DNA of 64,000 nt, taken from Octopus sinensis (Eukaryota). The notes beneath the pieces were generated by a model. The model saw nothing but the letters and a program-made list of their open reading frames with translations. It was not told the origin of the DNA and made no database searches. Position numbers and translations under genes: made by a program. How positions within the stretch are numbered: the stretch's first letter is position 1; the number at the start of each line of letters is the position of its first letter. Location: assembly GCF_006345805.1 (NCBI RefSeq), contig NC_043000.1, forward strand, positions 96,658,001 through 96,722,000, given 5' to 3'. Shown here one piece after another: positions 11,906 to 24,983 of this stretch.

Positions 11906-12475
11906 ACATTTATTGACCTAAATATTGAGACTATAACAACTAAAAGACACTAGTTTGAATGCGTCCATCATAATATCTCAGGTCAAGATAGGTTTTGTGA
12001 TTTAAATTGGGTGACTGAATTTGTGAAGAAGCCTGTTAGACAGGCTGTACCTGTTCATGAGCGATAAATTTAATCTGCTACACTGTTTAATGGCACCACT
12101 TTAATCTCTGGAAGCCTTTTATTGAATCCACACTGTTGCAAACATTCCAACCAGGTTTTCAGACTTAGAATAATCCAAGAGTCTTACTCCTAGTATTCCA
12201 GCCATCTAAAAGACAATGCAAAAATATCATGAGAACTACCTTTCCTCCCTCTGTCTAAGCCATGAAAAGAAAACAGCTAATTGTTACCAATTCACGGAAA
12301 TCTATTGTAGCTTTTACTTATAGTGTCCTGTAACATTAAGCCAATGAGAAATAATTTTCTTTTCTGAAATAGCCTACTGGTCTATTGCAGATATAAATTT
12401 TCCTGCAGAGGGATTGAAAATCAGAAACAATCAAGCTAAAGAGAGAAATCTGGATATGTTTGACACCATCTATAC

Positions 12476-12786
12476 AAGGCCTGGCCAATTTGAATTACAG
12501 AAAGTGTTTTGAGAGATGCTTGTATACTGACAGAATTGAAAGCATTTTGCTTTCTCATGCTATTATTACAATAATGAATGAATGATTGTTGATCCAACAT
12601 GAAATATTATCGTTGCAAAAGCAGTAGTATCTTCCTTTTTTACTTTTCATTACAATCTTTTAATTTTTGATTAAATTTTTTAAATGCTTGTTTAAATAAA
12701 CCCATTTTAAGAAAGTATCAAGCGGGCTACAAGGTAAAAGTCTGCGGCCTGCATGTGGCCCATGGGCCTCAGGTTGGCCAGCCGTG
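12476..12786. mobile_element. hAT (Charlie-like) MITE, 311 bp
   Basis: Imperfect 13-bp TIRs aaggcctggccaa / ttggccagccgtg. 8-bp TSD atctatac (12468-12475) / ttctatac (12787-12794). Subterminal gcatgtggcccatgggcc. Confidence 0.65.
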
Positions 12787-13217
12787 TTCTATACTAAAGG
12801 CTTCTTTTACTGGCTACTCAAAATGCTAGAAGAACAGCCAAATCTCCTTCAAACCACCATCCTAAAAACAGACCACAGTATAGTGTAGTCCAAAGTATAC
12901 TTATCCTGAAAAACAAGAAAAAGACAACAAAATAGTACTAGTCTGAATGTTTTTAATTATAGATCAACTTGATCAGGGACCAAGTCGAGAGTACACAAGT
13001 TGGATAGAATAAAGAACAGGACAGATACACTTGACTTCAGATTTGCTTGATCAGGGTTGATCTTTGGACAAAACAGCAACAAAGCAAAAAAAGTATACAG
13101 GAAAAGGATAAGAGGGGTTAACTGTGCCATCTAACTGTGAACATACTGCCTCGAGAAGACTCATGTAATCTATGCCAGCATGGAAAAGTGGACATAAAAT
13201 GATTGTGGATAATGATG

Positions 13218-13248
<31 letters not shown>

Positions 13249-14022
13249 AGAGGGCACCACTGTCACCAACAATGTTGACAATAATGATTTTAAATAATGA
13301 AATTGCTATTTTTATTTCATCTCATAAATTCGGTCCTCTCATCATCAATGAATCAACATCATGAACTAGGCTTCAACTCCAAAGGACTAAATGTCAAATG
13401 TTAACAGTTTACATTAGATAATTTAATAATTTAAAATTATTTAATCTATAATTTTAGATTAAAAACTACTTCAAAAAGCTATTTCTGCTTCATCATCAAA
13501 AGAAAATAAGAACAAAAAAAAAATTAAATGTCTGCAATTATTTTTTTCATTTTGGCCTGCTTGATTGGAATTATTTATTCTTTTGTTTTTTGTTTGTTTG
13601 TTTTTTTATTTTTTTATTATTTCCTTGTGGTAAAGACAACTGTTGTTACCAGTTCCAATTTTACCAGAAAAAAATATGACAAAAAATTTGAAAAGCATAA
13701 AAATCATCAAAATTAAAAAGAAATTCTTAAAAAAAAAAAAATTCAGAAATGTTTATAAGAAAAAAAACTAGCAAAAATTTTCTCAGCTATAAGAGGTGGG
13801 GGAACATATGAACTTTGGCATGGCAGAAATCACAACAGAATTGGGGTTTTTATGTGTTAACATTTAATCCTAGGGTCAATATAGGGTTAATGCTGTGTCT
13901 TATCATTTGTTACACAAATCATTTTATGAGACATGCATTTATGTGAAGGCATACATATGAATATGTATGCGTGTGAATGTCTGAAGGTGAGTGTATGAAT
14001 GTGTGTATGTGTTACGTATGCA

Positions 14023-14053
<31 letters not shown>

Positions 14054-14619
14054 ATAAACATGAATGAATGAATGTTAGTGCACATTTGTGTGTATATATA
14101 TGCAAAGAGACAAAGCAAAACTCTAGAATTCACGTGTGTGTGAGTATGTGTGTGTGTGTGTATATGTGTGTGTGCATAACCCATGTCAGCTTGGAAAATG
14201 GATGTTAAATGATGATGATGATGTTGGCATTGATGTATGTGTGTGTGAGTTTAAGTATGTGAGAAAGCATGGTTTACATGTGGAAGAATAAGCTTGTGTA
14301 AGTATGTATGTATACATATACACACATGTATGTAATGTACTTATGCTGTGAGTGTGTGTGTGTGATGTCACGTCTGTGTGCATTGATCCTTGTCTTGCTG
14401 GAATAATCCCACAGGAGCTTCAATTAAAAACTCTCAAATTATGAACTTAAGACCTCAGGGTTTTTCTGATTACAGAAGGATGTTTTGACAGTATTTCAGT
14501 TTCATCATGCTGAAAATCATTCAAAGCAAACCAGATGGTGATAAAGAGGGAGGGAGTGGGGGTGGAATAAGTGGGTGGATCTCTATTCTTCACCTCTTCC
14601 TTCTACCACTACTACAATA

Positions 14620-14900
14620 TACATTCAGTGACACCTCTGGCACCACCACCACCACCACTAACAACATCACAACCAATACCACCACCATTACTACCACCCA
14701 CACCATGCAATACCCTGTCATTACTTCCACCACCACCACCAAAAATATCACTGTCTTCCACCAGCACTACCATCACAACCAATACTACCACCCTTATCAC
14801 AACCCACTATGTAATACCCCACTGCTTCACTACTTCTGTCACTGCCATTATCACTACCAACACTACCATCACCAATACTCTTCCACTACCAATACCACAG
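14620..14900. repeat. (CAC/CAT/TAC)n low-complexity tract
   Basis: Read directly from the sequence; the Thr/His-rich ORFs here are artefacts. Confidence 0.9.
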
Positions 14901-16994
14901 ACAAAAGCAATGTACTTGCTAGTTAATGTCGTTGTTGTTGTAACTGTTGTGTTCTGTAGACAAGATATTTAACACTTAACAGCTCAGATATAAATTTAAT
15001 TGACCAGAAAACAAATATCAGTCTAAAGGTGTAGATAATAGCCTTTGACATGCTAAGTACTCCATATTCCTCCAATCTGACTGAAAGAAATAACAACCTT
15101 TTGCTATGCTTCTCATCCTGCCATCATTCATTCAGTAACATCTGTAACTATGCTCATCGGTCTATCTAGTTCCCCCCCTCTCTCCCTTACACACACAATT
15201 TATTTGTCCTTACTTAATTATAATATATCTGCTGATACATATCTTCTAACCTTCTTCATCTACCTACATGTCTTACCTACCTATCTATCCTCCTTACCTT
15301 CTTGACTATCTATCTATCAATCCATTCATCCACCCATCTACCTATATACCTACCTACCTACCTATATATCTGCATTCATACTTACCAACCTGTCTTGTTA
15401 GTCTTGTTAAGTGTTACTGTTTTGATGGGTTTTTCCCCCACTTCTGAAGCAGGGCATACTGCCATGCTTCTTAACCTGTCCCTCATTACCTAGTCTTTCT
15501 CCTCTCACGAAAATCCATTGTTGATACTTATGTTTTCCAGTTCCCAAGATATAAGTGCCGTCCATTGCTCCAGTTGAAGGTTGTTTGGCATATCAATAAG
15601 GATCTGAACATTCTAGAATCCAAATGTTATGTCTTTTCTTTCTTTCATCCACAAAATGTAACCCCTGTACCAAGACTGTGAATGCAGAAAATCAATCATG
15701 GAAACTGAGATGGCTTGTGTTGAAGTGTTGAAGTGTTTAAAGCACCTTTTGAAGCCTTGTTCCAGTGCAAGGTGATTAAAGTGCTCCAAAGAAAAGACTC
15801 TTCATACACAACTGCAGCTGCTAAGATGAGGACTGCAGCTGTCCTCATCAAAATATTTGGCAACTATCATACCATTTCATGGTTAAGATATCCTTGATAT
15901 TTCAGTCCTGTTTCTATAGCCGTAACATGATTACCAGAGGACTTTGGAAATGGAAGGAATCTAGAATATGCTTGTGTTGTTTAGAGCATATAAACCGTTG
16001 CACATCAATTCCCTCATTAGAATTTACTTTCAAGAGAAAGTAAAATATGTTATTCCAATAGCAAAGAATCCAAGACAGCCGTAAGTGGCAAACTGTTGCT
16101 ATTATCTCTCTGCTGCAGTCATTAACTGTACTCATAGCTATTGTAGGTAAGTGATCTAGCCTTGCCTGTTACACAGGACATTTAATATCATTGTGTCCTT
16201 GGTATGGGAAGCAAGAAAGGTTGTCAGCACTTGATCAAGGCATCATCTTAAGTTTCCAAAAGCAAGGGATGACTTCCAAGTAGTAGATATATAAACAAGG
16301 TAAATTCAACTATTTCTAACTATTTCTCCATAGATTAGAGAAAATGATAAACAGCCTTAATCAATTTTCAAACCTAACTGGATTCTCATTAGAGGTGTCT
16401 ATACCACTTTGACCAATCCCCAAGAAACAAACACCCAATTTCTTTATACACTCAACAAATCTAGCAGCTAGAGAGAAGTAGCGCTACTAATTTGCATGTG
16501 GTAAGAAGATTGCTTCCCAACAACATGGTTTCAGGTTCAATCTCATATTGGGACACCTTTAGCAAGTGCTTTTCTATGATAGCCACAGGCCAACCAAAGC
16601 CTTGTGAGTAAATGTCGTAAACAGGAACTGAAAAACCTTGCAGTGTGTGTGTGTGAGAGAGAGAGAGAGGGAGAGAGAGGGAGAGAGAGAGGGAGAGGGG
16701 GGGAGAGAGAGAGAGAGAGAGAGTGGAGTGTGTGTGCACACATGCATGTTTGAGTATATGCTACTGTCTCCTTGTCTTGACATTGCATGATAGTTGCAGA
16801 TGAGTGTCACTGTCATTCAAGTGCTGTCCTTCATTTCACATTTTCAGTGAAAACAGGTCGAAAGTTGGCAAAAGGAAGGCCTTCCAGCCATAGAAATTTG
16901 CCTCTACACATTCTAAGCCACGAAAGCTTCAGAAAGTGGATGTTAAATGATGATTACCCACACACACACATATATATCCTCCTCCTCCTCCTCC

Positions 16995-17363
16995 TCATCA
17001 TCATCGTTTAGCACCCATTTTCCATGTTGGCATGGGTTGGACAGTTTGACTGAGGTCTGGAAAGCCAGTGGCTGTACCAGGTTCCAATCTGATCTGGCAA
17101 TGTTTCTACAGCTTGATGCCCTTCCTAACACCAACCACACCGAGAGTATAGTGGGTGCTTTTTATGAGCCACCGGCACAGGAGCCAGTCAAGCAGGTCTG
17201 GCATTGATCATGTTTAGATAGTGCTTTTTATGTGCCACCAGCATGGGAGCCGGCCAGGAGGCACTGGCATCGACCATGTTCGGATGGTACATTTTACATG
17301 CCACCAGAACAGGAGCCAGTTAGGGGTCACTGGCCACAGCTATGATTTTGATTTTACTTGACC
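16995..17363 (-). mobile_element. RTE LINE 3'-UTR fragment
   Basis: Matches 19655-20130, including the (GAT)n tail. Confidence 0.8.
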
Positions 17364-17399
17364 AGCAACCCACATAACACTTCAACACTATATTCCAAC

Positions 17400-17985
17400 A
17401 CACTATATTACACACTATATTCCACAGCGCAGCTCTACTCAAGAGAGACCCAAAGATGAATCAAATCCTCAAAACACACACAATCATCAAAAGTAAGAGA
17501 CAACCAAAATCAATGGAGAAGATTTTAACCCAGGCCAAATTACACTCAACAATAACCACTAAGCCAACAGTAAAAAATGCAAGAGACCCAACTGTGGGAT
17601 CTGTATCAACATAATAGAAGGATCAGAACACCAATTAGAACAAGGCCATAATTTCACCGTAAAAACAAATTTTACATGTGCAATGGAGAACTTGATTTAC
17701 TTAATTACATGCTCGGGATGTAAACAGCAGTATATTGGACACACAAAAAACCAGCCTACATCAGAGGATGGCAGTGCACAAATCTCAAATTAGGATTCCA
17801 GAATACAGTTAAATACCTCTCAGCCAGCACATCAATGAATGTACATCCAACAAATTTCCCGAATTCACAATGTTTCCACTACAAATTCAAAGAGAATGCT
17901 AGCCAAAATGAATGCATTAGCAAGGAAATGCATTTCATAAGAAAATATTGACCAAGTCTAAATTCTCTAAACTGGCAACACTGAT
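17400..17985 (+). mobile_element. Penelope-like element remnant, GIY-YIG endonuclease
   Basis: From 17575: KCKRPNCGICINII...FTVKTNFTCAMENLIYLITCSGCKQQYIGHTK, then after a frameshift SLHQRMAVHKSQI...LSQHINEC. This gives LIY...YIG with flanking CxxC motifs. Confidence 0.85.
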
Positions 17986-18630
17986 ACTTTTTTTTATATA
18001 TATGTATGTGAATACATATGTATGTTTGTGTGTGTGTATATATATGTGAATGTGTGTGTTTATGTATGCATATATATATGAGCATATATATGTATATAAG
18101 TATATATACAGGGTATGTATTTGTATATATATGTATATGGGTTTGTTTATATGTGTATGTATATATATGTTTGTGTATGTACATATATGTATATGTATAT
18201 ATGTGTGTGGTTATGTATCTATGTGTGTATATATATGTATATGTGTATATGGGAGAGTGTATATATGTGTGTGTATGTATATATATTGATATATGGATAT
18301 GCAAGTTATTCATAAGAAATAAAGACAAGGGGTCGAAGACCCCCAACGACTACACCACAATGACTTTTATTATTACTGCTGCTAGTTATTCGACTGCTAC
18401 AGACACTCCTAAGAAAACAAGTCTTGACCACACGATTTAATTTACAAAAACAGATAGTAGTAACTTGCAGTCACAGTCAGTTCAACTTGTCATGCCACCT
18501 GAACTAACGGATATTACCACGTGCTCTCGCAAGAAAAAGGGAAGTAAACTATGAATGTTAATCGTAATTTTAATTTTAACTTTATTTTATTAATAGCTCT
18601 TTTCTCTCTACATATCCCATTTTAGTATAT

Positions 18631-18998
18631 ACTAGCACTATGACCCGGCGTTGCCGGGTCATAGTGCTAGTGCATGCATATACAGCTGCGTGTGTGCGTG
18701 CGCACATACATGCGAGTACTTTCCAAATCTCTGACCAATCACATACAGCTAGCTGGCATTCAATTGGCGTATCAAGTTTCAGGCATTTTGATTGGGTTTT
18801 GGATAGAAAATTCACCAAAAATCACTTCTATTGATTTTTAATGGCTTTGCAGGGTGACTGGAGAAATGTAAAGATGTGCACGACCACCCTTGGACGGTTT
18901 TAAATGACCATAGAAAGTGCAAGCCCTCTAACTGAAAAATTGTGGATTTGTATAAAGGACACACATGCAGACATTTTGCTGTTTATATATATAGAGAT
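18631..18998 (+). mobile_element. Helentron/Helitron-type non-autonomous element (HINE/DINE-like)
   Basis: Starts actagc...acccggcgttgccggg and ends acagacattttgctgtttatatatatagagat. Termini resemble such elements (recognised from memory). Confidence 0.55.
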
Positions 18999-19494
18999 TT
19001 TTGATAAGGTTTTTCAAAAACCAAAACATGTAAACGCATTCATATGAAAGGAAAATTAAAATGTAGCCAATTTTAAGAGAGTAGCGTGAGTATGTGTGTG
19101 TATGTGTGTGTGTATATATGTATGTATTGCAGGAGTGGTTGTGTGGTAAGTAGCTTGCTTACCAACCACATGGTTCCAGGTTCAGTCGCACTGCATGGCA
19201 CCTTGGGCAAGTGTCTTCTACTATAGCATCGGGCTGACCAAGACCTTGTGAGTGGATTTGGTGGACGGAAACTGAAAGAAGCACACAGTATATATGTGTC
19301 ATCATCATCATCATTTAACGTCCGTTCTCCATGCTAGCATGGGTTGGACGGTTCGACCAGGGTTCTGGGAAGCCAGAAGGCTGCACCAGGCTCCAGTCTA
19401 ATCTGGCAATGTTTCTACAGCTGGATGCCCTTCCTAATGCCAACCACTCCGTGAGTGTAGTGGGTGCTTTTTACGTGCCACCTGCACATGTGTA

Positions 19495-19567
<73 letters not shown>

Positions 19568-19654
19568 TATACATACATACAAATATATGTGTATACATAT
19601 ACGTTATATATATATACACATACATATATATATATGCATGTGTGTATATATATC

Positions 19655-21060
19655 ATCATCATCATCGTTTAACGTCCGCTTTCCATGCTAGCATGGGTTG
19701 GACGATTTGATTGGGGACTGGTCAACCAGATGGCTGCTCTTGATCTGGAAGAGTTTCTGCAGTTGGATGCCCTTCCTAACACCAACCACTCCGAGAGTGT
19801 AGTGGGTGCTTTTACATGCCACTGGCACGAGGGCCAGTCAGGTGGTACTGGCAATGGTCATGCTCAAATGGTGTTCTTTACATGCCACCTGCACAGGAGC
19901 CAGTCCAGTGGCACTGGCAACAACCTTGCTTGAATGTTTCTTCATGTGCCACCGGCACAAGTGCCAGTAGGGCGATGCAATGCTGGTAATGATCATGCTT
20001 GAATGGAGCTTTTTACGTACCACTGGCACGGAAGCCAGTTACCTGCTCTGGCAACGATCATGCTCGGATGGTGCTCTTAGTGCATCACTAGCACGGATGC
20101 CAGTCATCAAATTGGATTTCGATTTCACTTGGTCTTCGCAAGCAGAGTTTAGTATCCAATGAGGGAAAGGTATGCATAAGTGAGCTGGTTACACCCCTGA
20201 CATAGGCCACGAGGTTATGGTCTCATTTGGCTTGCCAGGTCTTCTCAAGCACAGCATATTTCCAAAACTCTCGGTCACTAGTCATTGACTTGGTGAGGCC
20301 TAATGTTCGAAGGCCGTGCTTGACCACTTCATCACGGGTCTTCCTGGGTCTACCTCTTCCACAGGTTTCCTCAACTGCTAGGGTGTGACACTTTTTCACA
20401 CAGCTATCCTCATCCATTCTCGCCAGATGACCATACTAGCGCAGTCGTCTCTCTTGCACACTACATCTGATGCTTCTTAGGTCCAACTTTTCTCTCAAGG
20501 TACTTACACTCTGTCGAGTATGCACACTGACGCTACACATCCATCGGATCATACTGGCTTCATTTCTTGCAAGCTTACGCATGTCCTCAGCAGTCATGGC
20601 CCATGTTTCATTGCCATGTAGCATGGCTGTTCGTACATGTGTCATACAGTCTACCTTTTACTCTGAGCAAGAGGCCCTTTGTCACCAGCAGAGGTAAGAA
20701 CTCTCTGAACTTTGCCCAGGCTATTCTTATTCTAGCCGCTACACTTTCAGCACACCCTTCCCCGCTACTGACTTGGTCACCTAGGTAACTGAAGCTACCA
20801 ACTACTTCTAGTTTTTCTCCCTGGAATGTGGTGGAAGTTGTTCTCTGCACATTTTGAGTGTTTATTGCTCCTGAGCATCTGCCACATACAAAAACTATCC
20901 TCCCAGTTAGCCTTCTTTTGATATTGCAGCACCTCTTATGTGTCCATAGCTTACACTGGGTACATCTTATAGAGTTTCTAACTATGCCTTTTTACAGATC
21001 CTGAAGGGATTTGTGGTTTGCCTGTCTTTCTACTTATTAGGACTTTGGTTTTAGCTAGGT
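19655..21060 (-). mobile_element. 5'-truncated RTE-clade LINE (RT C-terminus plus 3' UTR)
   Basis: Broken frames give LAKTKVLISRK, a Cys-rich insert, EKLEVVGSFSYLGD, RIRIAWAKFRE..PLL, RTAMLHGNETW, RRLR*YGHLARMDED and GRGRPRKT. The tail is ggacgttaaacgatgatgatg. Confidence 0.9.
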
Positions 21061-22077
21061 GTGTGTGTATACAAATATATATACTTAAGCATATATATAT
21101 ATACCAACCAATCGTGGCTGATACCAGCCTCCCCTGGCACTTGTGCCGGTGGCACGTAAAAACCACCCACTACACTCACGGAATGATTGGCGTTAGGAAG
21201 GGCATCTAGCTGTAGAAACACTGCCAGATCAGACTGGAGTCTGGTGCAGCCTCCTGGTTTCTCAGACCCCGGTCAAACTGTCCAACTCATGCTAGCATGG
21301 AAAACGGACGTTAAGCGATGATGATGATGATATACATAAGCATATGTATATGTATATACATAAGTATATATATTTGTGTATATACATACGTCTGTATAAA
21401 TATATATGTATATATGTGTATATACATAAGTATATATATATGTGTATATACTTAAGTATATATATGTATATACAGAAGTATATATGTATATATATATATA
21501 TACTTCTGTATATACATATATACTTAAGTATATACATATATATACTTATGTATATACACATATATATATACTTATGTATATACACATATATATTTATACA
21601 GACGTATGTATATACACAAATATATATACTTATGTATATACATATACATATGCTTATGTATATCATCATCATCATCGCTTAACGTCCGTTTTCCATGCTA
21701 GCATGAGTTGGACAGTTTGACCGGGGTCTGAGAAACCAGGAGGCTGCACCAGACTCCAGTCTGATCTGGCAGTGTTTCTACAGCTGGATGCCCTTCCTAA
21801 CACCAATCATTCCGTGAGTGTAGTGGGTGGTTTTTACGTGCCACCGGCACAAGTGCCTGGGGAGGCTGGCATCGGCCACGATTGGTTGGTATATATATAT
21901 ATGCTTAAGTATATATATTTGTATACACACACACCTAGCTAAAATAAAGTCCTAATAAGTAGAAAGACAGGCAAACCACAAATCCCTTCAGGATCTGTAA
22001 AAAGGCATAGTTAGAAACTCTATAAGATGTACCCAGTGTAAGCTATGGACACATAAGAGGTGCTGCAATATCAAAAG

Positions 22078-22078
<1 letters not shown>
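20914..22078. repeat. ~1.16 kb near-perfect palindrome with TA-rich centre at ~21495
   Basis: The left arm (from tcttttgatattgcagc) is the reverse complement of the right arm (to gctgcaatatcaaaaga), with only a handful of substitutions and indels. Confidence 0.97.
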
Positions 22079-22116
<38 letters not shown>

Positions 22117-22650
22117 CACACACACCCAACATTACATTTGAGAGTGTCTGAAGACACGAGGACATTGGGTATATTATTTACAAGAGTGGTAAGCAAATAT
22201 TTACTGATGCTAATTACTTTCTGCTGATTAATTAGATCAATGTTGGTATCATATTTTGTTACCATTACATTTCTTCATCTTCTACTTTTTTGTCCTCCCT
22301 TCTCATTAATCAACTTTTGCTCTGATCAATCCTACCACCATCCCCATTACATCATAATCCCCTCCCTCCCTCTATATTCATCATCATCATCACCAATGTT
22401 TGTTTTCTTAGTAGTAATTAATACCAGAGGACTATGTTATTTCTTAGTGAGGATTTGCAGCAGATTTATACAAGCTTCTACAACTGCTTCCATCAATGAT
22501 GATGAAGGTTGTGGTGGTGGTAATGTTAGTGGTAGTGATGGTACCGGTGGTGGTGGTGGTGGTGGTGCTGCTGCTGCTGCTGGCAGTGGTATTGATGACA
22601 GTGATTATAGATGATGAAGGTGGTGGGTAGTGATGATAATGGAGGTGTTG

Positions 22651-22681
<31 letters not shown>

Positions 22682-22831
22682 TTGTGATCGTGATCATAAC
22701 AATTATGATCTTGAAATGTTGTCTCAACTTACTGGCAACAAAACAGCTTACCAGATTCTCAGTTTTATTGCAGTCAGGCAAAACGTGATATTTAATCTTA
22801 ATCTTACCAATATCAAAACATGCAGTGAGAC

Positions 22832-22868
<37 letters not shown>

Positions 22869-23200
22869 TGACGTCATCATTGTCACCACTGCTACGATCA
22901 TCATATTTGTCTTTCATCATCATCAACATCATTTGTTTTTATGTCTGCTTTTCTATGCTGGCATAATTTGGGCAGGACTTTTTGAGGTAGTATTTTTTTT
23001 TTTTTAGTTTTTTTTCCCCCACAATCAGATTCTCTTCTTCATGGTTCAAACCCTTTTAGTGACATCTTACAAAAATATAGGGTTATAGTATATCTAGGCT
23101 AAAAACCAGTATGAATATGCTATTATAAATATACTGAACCAGTGATTGTCCCACTGGAAACCTCTAATCACTAATGTTGAATGTTAACCAAAAGACATTT

Positions 23201-23258
<58 letters not shown>

Positions 23259-23864
23259 TGATTTTACAGAGCCCTGGTTCTTCTCCAACATATTTCACCC
23301 TTGAATAGGATTGAACTCAGAACTTAAAAAATACTGGGAAATAGAATTTTCAGAGTAATTACATATAAAAACTGGAGATTGGAAAAAAAATTTACAGCTA
23401 TTTATTCAACATTACATATATTTTCATTTACTAACAGGAGTTAGCAACTTGTACATGTAGGACAAACATGCTCAAGATATATCCTATTAGAAAATTCTTG
23501 AAAAATTTCTAATGAGATATCTTGTATGATTTTCCTACATGTACAATTTTGTAACTCCTATTAGCAAATGAAACATGTGTAAAGGTGAATAAATAATACC
23601 AAATCTATTTTCATACAGCCATGGTTATGTGTTATGAAGTTTACTTCCAAACCACATGACTCCAGGTTCAGTCCCACTGCATGGCGCCTTGGGCAGGCAT
23701 CTTCTACTATTGCCCTATAGCCTTAGGTCAATCAAAGCCTTATAAGCGAATTTGGTAGACATAATGTGTGTGTGTGTGTGTAATACATGCCATTAAAGAA
23801 AATAACTGTGAGCTGATCTCCCTGCAAAATAAAAAAAAAAGAAAAAGCAATGACCAATACTTAC

Positions 23865-23979
23865 AGGTTATAATGAACATCAGCCATATTACTACGATAT
23901 TTTAGAGCATTCTTGTATGCAAACTCAGCTTCTTTCTCTTTGCCCTGGCTATTTAACACATTGGCAAGGTTTCCCCATG
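23865..23979 (-). CDS. TMTC2: TMTC2-like coding exon (putative exon 4, 115 nt): first TPR
   Basis: Acceptor ctattaaag|CATGGGGA and donor AACCT|gtaagt. Translates (A)WGNLANVLNSQGKEKEAEFAYKNALKYRSNMADVHYN(L). Confidence 0.95.
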
Positions 23980-24287
23980 CTTTAATAGAACATAAGAAAA
24001 AAAAAAAGAAAAAATGATAAATGATTTCTTGTGCTGCAAGAGGAGCAATGAGCATAAAATTTACAGTTTTGTATTGAGTATATAAATAAAGTGATATTAA
24101 ATATAGGTCTCAATAAAAAGACATCTACTTAGAGCCATTACTTACAGGAACCCCTTAACTAACTTGTATGAAGGTCATAAATTTTGAGGAAAAGATATGG
24201 TTAATTAAATTGACTCCAGTACTTGACTGGTGCTGCAAGGAATTTAATCTGGTATACTTCAATTTCCCTCTCTTCAATAAAAAGAAC

Positions 24288-24341
24288 GAGAATGTTATTA
24301 CTATCAAGAATGTTATTACTATCGAGAATGTTATTACCATC
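24288..24341. repeat. 18-bp minisatellite, 3 copies
   Basis: gagaatgttattactatc / aagaatgttattactatc / gagaatgttattaccatc. Confidence 0.9.
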
Positions 24342-24983
24342 ATTATTATTCTTGACTTAGGCAAGAAATGTAGTCGATTATATTAACCGCATTACTTTAG
24401 TTGTATTTATGTCATCAACCCCCGAAAGGAAAATAAATTCAAAGTTAACTCTGGGAGGATTTGAACTCATAATGTAGCATTTTGTTCTTTGTTTGAATAT
24501 GAATAATATTTATAATAAAGTTTTCTAAGTTAGGTACAATGCTATAATATTAGAGTTCTGTACTATAATGATATTTGTTTATGTTGACTTTGGAGAAATG
24601 AAAGGCAAATAGAAATGTCAACACCTGTGAGATTTGAACTTGAAATCAAAACGTAAAAGGAAATAATGGAATTACTACCAGGAAGTCATCTTCTATTCTA
24701 CTAATCCTGAAACTTTCCTAAGAAGGAACATTTAAACAGAAACCAGAAAAAACATTGGAAATTTTAATTGTATGTTAAGTTGTGATAATTAAAATTGTCT
24801 ACACCATCTGAAATTTTAATGTTTTTATGCCTTACACTTTCTGTTTAGATTATGGGAAGCATGGTGAATTTTGGAAATGATTTGGTTGCTGTTTCTAGTA
24901 AGATAGTAAGATAAGCAACTACATAGGGCAGCCAAATAGATACAGGGAACCTATAACAACAAAAAGCAATAAGAGAAATTTAC

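Noticed and set aside
15540-16260. Possible old LINE remnant
   Set aside because: I found no recognisable motif in the frames I read. Only a small 9-bp hairpin at ~15825-15850 was seen.
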